Shown here piece after piece: positions 1 to 11,199 of a stretch of 64,000 nucleotides of DNA. The DNA lies in the NCBI GenBank assembly GCA_011109175.1, contig RDEW01000003.1, forward strand, positions 731,643 through 795,642. Reading direction: 5' to 3'. Source of the stretch: Dicyema japonicum (taxonomy: Eukaryota > Animalia > Dicyemida). Both the position numbers and the translations under genes were made by a program. The notes below the pieces were generated by a model. The model was not told where the DNA came from, made no database searches, and saw only the letters and a program-made list of their open reading frames with translations. How positions within the stretch are numbered: the first letter of the stretch is position 1; each line of letters begins with the position of its first letter.

Positions 1-59
1 AGACCAGCTTCAGCATATTTTCTCCTTCCATTGGAACCACTACAGACCGCCGTCAGGCA

Positions 60-260
60 TTTTTTGAAAATGATCGATGAAGATAGCGATCCATGAGGCG
101 AGATGGAGGCTGTTTCGACATCTACTTTGTCTGGATCTGGGGACCCTTCAAACGTGGCTAAAGTGGATTACTTTGTTATGGACATTCCGCTTTTTCCGAT
201 CGAACTAGACAACCCTTCTGGCGTGTTTTGGATACTATCATAAAAGAGAAGTTTCTTGTA
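60..260 (+). mobile_element. 3' fragment of RTE-like APE-type LINE (RT C-terminal region), decayed
   Basis: Manual translation ARWRLFRHLLCLDLGTPSNVAKVDYF matches the RWRLFGHVLR...P.N.AMEDYF motif of other copies in this window (e.g. ORF 39457-39945). Confidence 0.6.
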
Positions 261-639
261 AGGCTTGACATCAAACTCGTCTGGTTCTAGGTAAATTCAG
301 GTCACCAGGTTGGCAAGTTCCTAGATAGAAGAGGTCGAAATTTTAATTTTTTTATATTGGGTGATCCCGGCCTCTAAACAACCATCTCACTTTTGTTCGG
401 TGTTCGATCTGATGCGCCTCCTGTGCGTTTGTGTTACTTGTGGAAACTTTGGAGGTGTCATTTTTGAATAACAGGATTAATAAAGATTTACCAACTTTAT
501 TTAGCCAACAATAAAAAGTTAATATATTTAATAATCAACAACTTTCCTCAGGCAGGTTCGATTCTGGTTGCTTAAACAACTTTGAGAGCGCCTGTCCAAT
601 TGAACCCTCTGCCCATGTGGCATCTCCGGGCTCTGCCTC

Positions 640-1330
640 CTATACTCCAGTGTCAGGCTCTCTAGGGTTAGTTTTAATACAGTGGAATGTAGATAGGCTC
701 TGTCTGTCTCCAAGCAATCTTGGTACAGATCTGCTCCCTCCATATACTTGGTGGTCTGGCTCGTCCGTCAATTCCTCATAGGTGATCTGTGGTGCACACA
801 GCACTAGGGAGATGTAACCCAGTGACCCTACTGGCTTAGCCTCTACCGCATAAGCCACAGCTTTATTGATGCAGATTAACAATACTCCGTTAACCATACT
901 ATGAGGAATCTTGCGTGAAAATCTACGGTCCTCAATTGGGACATTTTCTGCTGCAACGAGATTCTGCGCAAAGACCTCACAAACATGCTTGAACTGCAAC
1001 GTATCACAGCTCTGGTGCTCGTGCTCTCTTTGACAGTTGTGGTTATCTGGTCCCTGCCACTTTAGACCAGTACCCTCTTTGCCTACAACCAGTTTCTTGA
1101 GTTCAATCACAGATATAGCAGTACTGAATCTGTCACTGCAGAGCTCCGCCAAATATGGCCAGCCATTCCAGGGCATTCGGGATAGCCTGCTACGTACCTC
1201 CAGGACTACCTGCCACGCCCATTCTTTCGGGCCAGCTGCCACAAAACTCTCGGATATAGCAAGAATTATATTCTTACTATCTGGTAACGCAAGTGACCCT
1301 TCTCCTATTTTCTTTTCAACATTTTTACCA
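640..1330 (-). mobile_element. Dispersed repeat with 200-aa ORF, possibly a degenerate RTE-type APE endonuclease; paralog at 28916-29575
   Basis: Clear nucleotide and protein similarity to 28916-29410; NGV...V.EAKPV..S..SLVL..(A)PQ...EE...LLGD loosely recalls RTE APE motifs. Confidence 0.4.
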
Positions 1331-1499
1331 ACTCGAGTGAGTTTTTACGCCACCGAATCGAACGCACGTTGCATGTAATCATAAAATATAAATTATTATT
1401 TAAATAATTTTTAAATTTTATTTTCTAAAAATATGTTTTTCAGCACGTTGCTTCTTGTGGTGGTTTGGTTTTATTAGAAAATCTTGCTTATTTTTGTTA

Positions 1500-1830
1500 A
1501 CAAATGCATAAATTCAATGATGTCTGGAATTGCCGTATGATTAGTTGATTACTATCTACACTCTCTGAGAATTATGCATTTTGGTAGAGTTTAACAAAAT
1601 GTTTCCTATTACATAATGTATGTCGTGCAGGCCATCACAAACCAAGCATTTTCCCCTAGAGAAGGGGAAGACAGTCCAGACGTTTCTATCTCAACGATCC
1701 ATGCCCACCGTTCCAGAGATGACGAGAATCCAACCGCCTCAAGAGAGCGCTTCACAACCCCGTTGATAATGGCATACCTCGGGAACCGGTTACTTTTAAG
1801 AAGGCACGATAGCGGATGAAGCCTGCCGAC
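1500..1830 (-). mobile_element. CRE-clade non-LTR retrotransposon fragment (zinc-finger/RLE region)
   Basis: ORF 1609-1836: HPLSCLLKSNRFPRYAIINGVVKRSLEAVGFSSSLE resembles the CRE HxLSC..GR..RH..LN..IKRAL....LEP motif. Confidence 0.6.
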
Positions 1831-1859
1831 CGACATTCTTTAAAAGGGATCGAGGAGCA

Positions 1860-2095
1860 AATCGATTTATCGCGAGATCCTAGAGGCGAAATGGAGGCTG
1901 TTTAGACATATACTTCGTCTGGACCTGATGACCCGCTCAAACGTAGCTATGGAGGACTAATGTGTAATGGACGCTCCGCTTTTTGAGGTCGAACTAAGAC
2001 AACTTTACCGACCATCCTTGATGAAGACCTTAAGGAAATCGGGAGAAGCCTCAATGACGGAAAAGATCTTGACAGACTGCGAAATATGTAAGTAA
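1860..2095 (+). mobile_element. RTE-like LINE 3' fragment
   Basis: LEAKWRLFRHILRLD; nucleotide similarity to 60-260. Confidence 0.6.
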
Positions 2096-2299
2096 GTAAG
2101 TACTAGTAGTTTAATGGTCGATCAATCGTCCTCTCTAATAATAAATAAATCAGAAATAATTTTGGATTCACGTGTAGATAAATTTGCCTTATCAGGCCTC
2201 TCAATGACATGTAATACTGCATTTTACGAGGAGCCGTATTATCTATTGCTCCTCCCAGTCAAGACACCCAATTAGAAAAAGTTGAAGAATAAATATCCG

Positions 2300-2590
2300 A
2301 AATTGTAAATTATAAGACTGGGAACGAGGTTTAACGCAGTCCGACTAATAAATAGAGAAAAAAGAACTAAACACATTACCTGCATGGCAATCGAGTTGGC
2401 AGAGGTTATCACAAAAACGTTAAATAAAGCTTTGAAGAAAGACTACGAACTAGATATTGGTAGCGGGTTGATTCATTCACCTACCGAAGCCAAGAAAACT
2501 AAAAGGACCTACATATAATCTGGAGGTCAATTATTATATTAACGACATTACGGAAAACATTATCCCTTAATGATGTCCAATTAATTTATG
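2300..2590 (+). mobile_element. RTE-like LINE RT N-terminal fragment, decayed
   Basis: Frameshifted LDIGSGLI..PKP.K.KGP..NL...ILTTLRKTLSL, as in the 37370-38870 copy. Confidence 0.5.
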
Positions 2591-2619
2591 AACATTATCA
2601 TCCTATGAGGTTCTTAATT

Positions 2620-2900
2620 TCCAAAGAAATGTCCACGCATTCCAGTATATAGTTAGCCATCGACTCGTTTTCTTCGTTTGGTCTGTCCGTATATATTTAT
2701 ATCCACGAAATATAATGGGACTATTTTTAGCGAGTTTGACCTCGTAGATAAGTGCACTATCAATGGTTTTTATTCTGCACATTCATATCCGAGGCTAATG
2801 TTGAATCCACTTGAATCTCACAAACTTGTTCGCAGTAATAATCTACATGGAATGTTCCTGAGTCTCTTAGTCCTTCTTAATTATATATTGACGACACATG
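2620..2900 (-). mobile_element. APE endonuclease fragment of a LINE
   Basis: FRGYKYIRTDQ motif typical of APE GY...R.DR, preceded by a CEIQ(E)-like segment. Confidence 0.35.
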
Positions 2901-4109
2901 TACAGCCACCTCATTATGCCTTCGTAGGTAATCGCTGTTTAGCATACGACCACAGTTTTTCGCAAAGTGGTCGACACTTTTCCTGGAAGAATTACAGAGC
3001 TATAACTGATATGGCTCCTCGGAAAGTGCGAATATTATTATTATTAAATGACTAGTAACGCAAAATACTGCATTTATTCTTATTGAGCAATGATATCCTC
3101 TGATTCTCTTGGAGATAACGATTCAAACGGATTCATCAATTAATTCCACTGGAACACCATTTCGTTCCATGGTGACGTGTTCTAAGAATCGCTTGGATTC
3201 ATTAGTTATGATTGAGCTGTGCTTAACAAGCTAGGGGTTAAATAAATAAGATTTCAATATTAGGTTTTTTTAAACCTTTTTCCAACTCCCAACAGAGTCG
3301 TCAGAGATCAGAGATATGAGCATTTGAAAGTCAAGCTGCTTAAGCAGAGAGTCGTCTGTAATATAAATATGAGAGGCTTCTGAACCAATAAACCAACACC
3401 GACATTCCTGTTAGTCACTGGAAGTTGCGAATGAAGTGGTGCTTGAATCAATGCCCTCCCGTGGCGGGTATCACATTGACAGCGATAAATTCTGCATCAG
3501 TATCTCCAGCAGGCCTGGACTGAAGATTTGCTAACTCAAATTCGGAGCGGAAGTACTGTCATAGACATCACGCCCTTTCTTTCCGAAGAATTGCTGGACG
3601 ATTCCAGAGACATAAGTCAATCTGTGTAAAAGGAAGAGTCTGTAATACTTATGAAATAATCATCGGGTTTATACGTTGACATAACGTGATATACAGAGGC
3701 CACGAACACAGAAAATCTCATTTTATATATAGAAAAATTAATAGCTTGTAGTCACTTAGCTGGGTTACTATTATGTACGTTCTATTGTAATTTACTGGAA
3801 TCGAAACCTAACTATTAATCTAACAACTAAGATGCTTAAACTTTAAATAAGGCAAAATTTTTAACAAAATAAAAATGTTAAAACTTAGAAACTATCATAG
3901 GAGTGTCATCCACTTAACCAACAAAAATTATAGTAGGATTATTAATTAAAGTCAAATTGTGACTATTTTAAATAAATTTAATACATATATAATTTAAAAA
4001 TTGTTTTATAATATGGCGAACCTATGAATACACATATATTAATCGGCATGCGCTTTCCTCGTTCTTGTGGTTGACTGCTTGTGTTCATTTTACTGTATAC
4101 GAGTTCCCT

Positions 4110-4450
4110 CGGAGTATGGCTATTCCAATCTTTTGTCTTAGCCATAAGCACTCTCGTATATTCCTTTTCTTTCCGGCAATCAATCCTCCGAGTTCTCGCA
4201 AGAACTCAGCCGTCATTGGACCAACGGCTCCCGATGATTCGGTCGCAACAGGAGTAAATCGGTAGCGATCCCCGAGGCAAGAATATTTTTTGATTTTGTA
4301 GGTTCCTCGCAGTCCAAGCAGCTGCTCCAGGTGTCTGAACCGATTTGAAAATATTCGTGCTTGAGAACGTGTCTACACAAGTTGCTTCCTAGACCAAAGA
4401 TCTTCCAGACGTGAAGGGGAAAAGGATCATCCCGTCAGGTCTCTTTCCAT
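4110..4450 (-). mobile_element. CRE-clade LINE 3' fragment (RLE domain)
   Basis: GKRPDG..FP..SG..L.W(D)ATCVDT....RQKIGIAILRGNS; close paralog of 61210-61620. Confidence 0.75.
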
Positions 4451-4689
4451 TTTACTCTATTCGTCTGTTGTATTGTCAAACATTATATAATTGGATTCAT
4501 CAAATAGTGCAGAAGGTTGTTATCAAAATGTCTAATATATATTTTATATTTTGTTAACCTATGAATATGGATTATTTTTCACTATTTGATTTCTCCCTAT
4601 TAATATTCTTTTGGCTATATTTCTTTTCAGTCTGTTTGTTCGAATTGTTATGGTCTGCATCATGTCAAGAATATTTTTAGTAATTCAAT

Positions 4690-4810
4690 TATTATTATTA
4701 AGGCACTTTTACGAAAGCTAGCATGTTTATAGTAACGCATGGGGAACACTCAAAACAATATTTAGAGTTAATCTCCTCTGTCGAATGCAATCGATCTCAA
4801 ATTGTCTGCT
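4690..4810 (-). mobile_element. RTE-like LINE 3' tip with tail
   Basis: KLKTAD..DNLRSIAFDRG then GCTTTCGTAAAAGTGCCTTAATAATAATAA, matching the 3' end of the 39372-40080 copy. Confidence 0.6.
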
Positions 4811-6484
4811 TGTCCGCAGTTTTGAGCTTTTTTTTCACCTGGTTTATATCAGTAATCCAATAAAATATATAATTCGAAGAGAAAAATAACATTTACTTCA
4901 TTTTTTTCGAACTATATTGAATCTTCACTATCGATTTTTATTGTTTGAGCATTGATTTCGTTGCATAACCTATTTCATCTTTATCCTGGCTACCTTTTTG
5001 ATTTTATACAAATTATTATCGACGATTTTTCTGTACTAAAAATATATATAATTCATACTTTTTATAAAGGAGATAACCTTTCATTGTAATCAGCTACAAA
5101 GTCTGCCGCGTCTTGCCCGGGTTACTCATCTAGTGCTGGTAACATTTCACCTTTCAAAAGACATGTCACCTCCTGTTATTCAATCAATATTAATTGATTT
5201 TGAATCAAAGAATTTATTTTTTTAAAGCTATATTTAATTGACTCGACTCATGTTGACTATTTTAACCTAACCTGAACGTGCCTTAATCTGTTATAAAAAA
5301 TTAAATAAACCTCGATTGGATGTTTGACAAAAATTGAGTAATTTGACTTAGCTCTTCATATGGAGATTCAAATCTTCTCAACATTAGCCATGGATTAGTT
5401 CCATAATCATTTAAAACGGGTATTTAAATTCATTAACTTGCATTTGAGAAATCATCCTTTTGGTTATATAATTCCTGAAAATTTTTTTTCTGTGTCTGAG
5501 GATTTCATCAATTATAATATTTACTTACTGATTCTCATCAACTACATTTTTACCTGAAATAGAAAAATAATTGAATAAATTTTCTTCAGATATGTGTGTT
5601 TTTTTGATCGAATGTGTGTCAGGTGTTTTTTTGAAGTTCTTAATAATACTCTAGACATCGGTTTTGTAACACTTTCAGTTAATATTGAATTCCATATTTC
5701 ATAACGTTAGCCTTTTTTGTATATGATGATTACATTTTTGACATCCAAGATATTGATGGCCATAAAATTATTTTATGGAGTTATGGCTACTGGTTCCTGG
5801 ATGTTCTTTTTCTTTGAATTTTTTTAGACAGTTTGATTGTATCATTAAATTAATTATAAATTCTTAACAATTCTGAAATATGAATATTCTTGAATTCGGT
5901 CTGTTATCCCATTGAAAACTTATGTCTCAAATGTCTTCCTCCTCGTAGCAGGCACAGCATGTTCAACCGCTGACTGTGGGGAAATGTCCGCTCCCGTGTG
6001 AAAAGCAGCCCTGCCATCGATCCCCATATTCACTCGGAAAGCCAGGAGGACCGAGTCGCGAACGACCAGCCTGAGTTTTTCCAAGCCTTTGACATCTCTA
6101 AAATAAATTCCAATAGAAGGTTTATTTGAGAAGAGTCACTGAACCACGCGTGAGACATCCTCATATTCGTCAATTCCTTTAATGCTTATATTTATTTCTC
6201 TCAGGACTAATAATAATTCCTATGGATAAAATCATTTATAACATAATGAACTCAAATCATTTTCTCCATAAAGATATTATTTTAATCCTTATCGATATGT
6301 GTGAAAGAACCACATCAGCTAGTTCAACCAAAAAGATGTAGTCTCGATATTTTCTCTTTGTGTGGATATCTTGAAGCTTCTCATATTATAATGTAGAAGG
6401 ATCTTTCTCTAAGGATCCATTTCATCAGTACGGCTGGAAGAAATCAAAAAGTTCATTTTTTCAAAGTTATAAACTGGACCATGT

Positions 6485-6680
6485 GGTAGGTATATTGGTT
6501 AAAATTGTAGAAAAATGTGTAACTTTCTGAAAAGAGCCTTAATTGGGTGGATTGGGAGGATCCGAATCAGAGAAGTGAGCTGGTGTAATAAGGATAATCC
6601 TTTTGAATCTGCTGGATGTGATTTAAACCAGGCTGAATAATCAGCATTAAAATCTCCACACAATATCAGGTTTCCGAGCT
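6485..6680 (+). repeat. Copy 1 of a 196-bp direct repeat (APE-coding sequence on the minus strand)
   Basis: Near-identical to 7395-7590; minus strand reads LGNLILCGDFNADYSAW. Confidence 0.9.
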
Positions 6681-7394
6681 GGAATGAATGAATGAAAAAT
6701 TTTTATTAGGCAAAAACAAATAGTTAGAAATTAGGGAAGAACTAAACTAAGTACCCTTTCACCTCCTTGCGGCAGCGTTTTCGTGGCATCTTTTTGTCTT
6801 CCCCGTGCCTCCTTCTTTATCACATTTTCAGAATTTTTCTGATCTTCCTCGGGGTCCCTAAAATCAGGGTATCCTCTTTCGGGCAGCGGCGCTCTATAAC
6901 ACAATCCGAGGGAATGCCGTATTGCCCGCCGCCGAACTTCCTCAAGTTGGTGAGGCACTTTTCGCGTTCCTCACTGCAATACCAGGAGTGCGCACCATAA
7001 GTGAGCATAGGCAGCACCATGTCGTTGAACACTTTGGCCCAGGCATCGCGACTCAGCTGAAAAGCCCTCAACGCTCCTAGTCTTTGCACAGCCCGCCTCT
7101 TAACGAGGGGGTGTGCTCCTCGAAACTACACTTGGAGTTGAATGTCACTCCAAGGTAGCTCGTCCGCCCAGTAACCTCTATACGTACCCCATAGATGGTT
7201 ACTTTAGGTATTAAATTATTAGACCGCTTAGGGCGGCCAAAAACTAATAACTTGCATTTCTCAGGTCTCAGCCTAAGTTCTCTGCTCCCACACCAGCGTA
7301 TGATTTCATTGACAGCTACTTGAATCCTCCGACACGCTACATCTGGTTTCCACGAGTGATCCCAGAGTACTATGTCGTCGGCCGGGTGGGGGTC
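6681..7394 (-). mobile_element. 5'-truncated LINE (RT C-terminus) with (CATT)n tail
   Basis: ADDIVLW...LRPEKCKLL..., YLGVTF, MVLPMLTYGAHSW; ends AATAAAAATTTTTCATTCATTCATTCC; flanked by the 196-bp direct repeats. Confidence 0.8.
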
Positions 7395-7680
7395 GGTAGG
7401 TATATAGGTTAAAGTTCTAGAAAAATGTGTAACTTTCTCAAAAGAGCCTTAATTGGGTGGATTGGGATGATCCGAATCAGAGAAGTGAGCTGGTGTAATA
7501 AGGATAATCCTTTTGAATCTGAAGGATGTGATTTAAACCAGGCTGAATAATCAGCTTTAAAATCTTCACACAATATCAGGTTTCCGAGCTTGTTTAACTT
7601 GGTTAGGTTTAGAGAGAATCTTTTTGGGCAAGAAGATGGAGGAAGGACGTTGATGCTTGTAATGTTGAGAGTTTCGAATT
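7395..7680 (-). mobile_element. Continuation of the APE of the LINE starting at ~8485; includes copy 2 (7395-7590) of the 196-bp repeat
   Basis: ITSINV..PP...KLGNLILCGDF; colinear with the APE N-terminus at 8040-8275 once the SINE at 7687-8005 is removed. Confidence 0.7.
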
Positions 7681-7686
7681 CATTTT

Positions 7687-8005
7687 TAATAATAATAAAG
7701 CCTTTTCACGAGAGCCATAGTATTTATAGCTCTGCATAGGCAGGACACACACTTTATTTAAGTGAAGAACAGTTAATTTTAACTAATCGTAGAACCAAGG
7801 AATGATTTTCACTTCTTTTTTTCTTTTTCTTATGTGAGTTTTTTTTCTAGACAATCCAATTCCGCAGTGAGTATCCACTGATGACGGCGTCACTCGTTAA
7901 ACCCTTTCTGCATTGTAGAACCTTCCACCAGGTGAACAGCAGCAAGATTCGAACCCGTAGCCTAAGCCATTTAAGCCTGACACCTAACCACTATGCCACA
8001 CGGCT
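7687..8005 (-). mobile_element. tRNA-derived SINE with LINE-type 3' tail
   Basis: A box TGGCATAGTGG, B box GGTTCGAATC; tail ATGGCTCTCGTGAAAAGGCTTTATTATTATT; degenerate second copy at 32202-32470. Confidence 0.75.
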
Positions 8006-8039
8006 ATGCCCATTTGTAATTGATGCACCAAATATTTTT

Positions 8040-8485
8040 GTAGTCCCATCGTTTATTAGTGATTGTCCGTAAATCGAATGTTATCTCTTATAATGATGAG
8101 GAAACCCCTACCACGACGGTTTGAGCGGTCCATACGGATGCAGTGGTATCCTGGAAAATGGGGGGTGGGTGATGATGGAGTAAGTCTGCTTTCTTGAAGT
8201 AAAATCAGGTCAATGTTCAGTTCTTTAATGAAAGACCGAATTTTGCTTTTAAATCCGTTGATGTTTATCTGTAGAATTGAGGTGGAGGTCCTAAATTAAG
8301 TTCAATGTCACCGGCGATAATTATCAGAAACCCATTCAGCCGAGGGGGATTAAAAAAGGGAAAGGCCGTCATCCGAAGATTCCTTCTTCGGATGGGAGGT
8401 AGTTAATGGTACTTTTCCGCGGTGCATTAAGTGCACCCTGAGCGCCTCCCAAACTTTCATAACTAGTCGACCACATGACGCCACG
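8040..8485 (-). mobile_element. 5' end of an APE-type LINE: structured 5' RNA, ATG, 2A-like peptide, APE N-terminus (Ingi/Vingi-like layout)
   Basis: From ATG at 8372: MTAFPFFNPPRLNGFLIIIAGDIELNLGP; after a frameshift, ILQININGFKSK...NIDLILLQESRL...GYHCIRMDRSNRRGRG. Confidence 0.75.
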
Positions 8486-8849
8486 TTTTAAACACATTAA
8501 TTCAAAATAAATAACATAAATAAAAAATTATATTAATTTTTTATTTATTTTTGAGCCATGTGTTTTAGACTCATGCATTAAATTATTTATAGAAAAAGCA
8601 AACTTCAATCTATATTTACCTTTTTAGTCACCATTTCTCAATCCAATTGAGAATGTATTCAGCACGTGGATAAACTATTTTCCAGAGGAGGGCCTGAAAT
8701 TATAAAAGAAGGTAGTTTTTTACCCTTAAAGATTGGTGACACTATAGAAAGTCACGTTAATGGTCGGGAAACCCTATAAATTAAATTTTAGTGAGGAAAA
8801 TATTTTAAATCCCAAGACAGTCTTCTCTTTGATTTTTTAGGTCAATGAT

Positions 8850-8945
8850 ATCGAAAGTGAGGAATGAACGTCGGAAACAGAATGTTATCCAAAAGATTTT
8901 ACTGGCAGTAGTGAGGGGAAACTCCAATTCCTTGGTTTTGTCTTG
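8850..8945 (+). mobile_element. CRE LINE 3' tip
   Basis: ERRKQNVIQKILLAVVRGNSNSL resembles the CRE terminal QRIS.A..RGN motif. Confidence 0.45.
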
Positions 8946-9675
8946 TTTTTTTAAATGCAATATTCAATTTACTAAATAAATACAATATTGAATTTTCTTT
9001 TCTAGAAACTGTCTATGTTGAAATATTAATTCTTAGATTGACAATTAACACGTGGTTGTATGTTTATTCAGTCAATTATTTCCAGAGATGCTATAATCCA
9101 GCAATGAGTCGTTAGTCACTTTGAAATTTATCTATGGGAATCTGACACTAAAGGTTGTAATGAGCCAATATATTTTTACGCTTTTTTGAAGTTTCTCGTT
9201 GTACTGCGTCGATATTCCATGTTTATTAAAAACTTGGTTAGTCTTTAGAGTCTTTTGGAGCACAACAGATTGAATGCAATGACTCTTTCATCCATCTTGA
9301 TTGTCATTCAATGTTGAATATTTTCATCCTAAGAGACATATCAATGTGTCTTCACTAAAAAACTAATCTTAAAACTCTAGTCGGTTCACATTGATTTTTA
9401 TCCTCCTCTTTGTCGCATTCTTTGAAAATGACGTTTGTAGTCTCAGTCTCGTTTGAACATTTGTAGTCTCATATTTGGTAATTATATGTTGATATCAGCC
9501 CCATGTGCCATATTGAATACGTGTACGTGTTTCCTTCGAATTTCCTTTGATTTCTATTTCTAAAACTAGCCAGTTCTTGATTTCCTATTGGGAGTTTTGA
9601 GTTGTTTAACCAAAATAGTTTTCATGTGTGTTAAGAGTATTTAAGCCTCTCAAATGAAATTGAATCATTTGAAAA

Positions 9676-9998
9676 TAGCCACATGGTGCCACGTGGTGCT
9701 TCGTGTCTAATTGTTGAAGTTTCTGTTTGTTCTCCTGTTCCTTCTCTCTTCCTATTAGAGTGGCGTCATGTGATCCACTGTTTAGGTGTCGCCCAGTGCC
9801 TGGCTGGCACGAAAAAGGATCATTTGCTCTCCTCCACTCCACTGGAGGGGTTTCAACAACTGCAACTATAGACGTCTATTACCCTTTATGCTGATTCCGG
9901 ATGGACTCTGTTTCTGTAGAAGTAGTAACTGGATGCACTTAATTAGTTGTTTACTTTAACTTCTTTCTCGGTGTATTTAGGGATAATAAATAAATGAA
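9676..9998 (+). mobile_element. Non-tRNA SINE-like element (~320 bp), family copy 1
   Basis: Similar copies at 12737-12995(+), 36985-37240(-), 53545-53860(-), 57520-57802(-); AATAAATAAA-type tail; no ORF of known family. Confidence 0.8.
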
Positions 9999-11199
9999 AT
10001 GACTACTTTGGCAAGTGAGTTGAGATTGAGTTTGGAAACCATGTTGAAAAGAGGTAAGTTTGATGGACGTATATATCTTTTAAGGAACAGTTTTTCCGAA
10101 ACACCAGAAAGCACAGGGATAATAAAAAGTGTTCAATAAAAGGAAGGCAGGCTGGTCTTATTGATACTTACTCAAGATAATAAATTAAGGGAGATGTATA
10201 AAACAAGTTTCCTAGTTTTTTTTAGCCATACGTGTGTGTACGTGGGATTTAAGAGGAGTATTAGAATTTAAAGGTATTATTATCACCAACGATGCTCCCT
10301 ACCAAGACAATCCTGGTTCAGCCAATTTCATTTTCATATGTAATCCTTCTCACCAAGTATCTGGCGTATATGCAGTATCTCCCGATCACCTGGTTTAATC
10401 CTGATTAGAATGGAGACTAAAGATTATGTGCGTCTTATAACCAATTTATTGGTCGAATGTTCAGGTGGTGATTTTTAAGCATTTCGAGACAACTCCATCC
10501 CTGGACACAACCAGATAATTTTACTTGACAATCGTAGAGAGAGAAAGCTCACTAGCGCTGGTAAATATTTTGTCAATGCTCATTCCTATTTGTTCCTTTA
10601 TTTTTATAAACCCTGAATACACTAAGAAAAAAGTTAATAGTTAATGACTAATACTTTCCAGGTCACAAAAGTAGAAACCTTCTAATATCCCGTAAAGATC
10701 ATGCAGTTGTGAGACTACTGATCCCCTTTAGTGCTGTCCAAGCAATAGGTGCTGCTTGAGACAGAAGGAACACATTATGCTACTCTTGTTGAACATGGAA
10801 AAAAGTACAGAAATGAGGAGAAATCTTCATAATTTATTTCTAATTATCCTGAGAATATTAAATAATAAGCTAATTAATTCATAACTTGACCTATTTAACT
10901 ATTCATTAAAATAAACATATTAATTAACTTTTTATTAAATCATTGTTAAATTTTAAAATAATTTACATCTCACTTCATCGACGTGGATTAAGGTTCGAAG
11001 CAACTTTGTATGATAATACCAATAAAACCTTAAAGGTTCTCTAAATATCAATTGATCAAAAGTTTTTGAATAATTATTTATTTAGAAGATAATTAAGAAG
11101 GAAAGTAAAAAAATATCAATAATATAAATATTAAAAACATGATTAATTTTATTGTTTTAGGGTGGTTAACCAATTTAGCAATAATACATCAACTATTGA

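Noticed and set aside
1285-1335. Protein kinase subdomain I (VEKKIGEGS)
   Set aside because: No following G..V/VAIK motifs, and the paralog at ~29540 has a stop there.
7878-7905. Hammerhead ribozyme (CTGATGA)
   Set aside because: No GAAA core strand or convincing stems II/III.
7935-8005. Functional tRNA gene
   Set aside because: A and B boxes are present but the acceptor and anticodon stems do not close, and it continues into a SINE body with a LINE-type tail.
10240-10300. GH3 glycosidase motif (LRGVLEFKGIIITND)
   Set aside because: Single short motif without supporting flanks.
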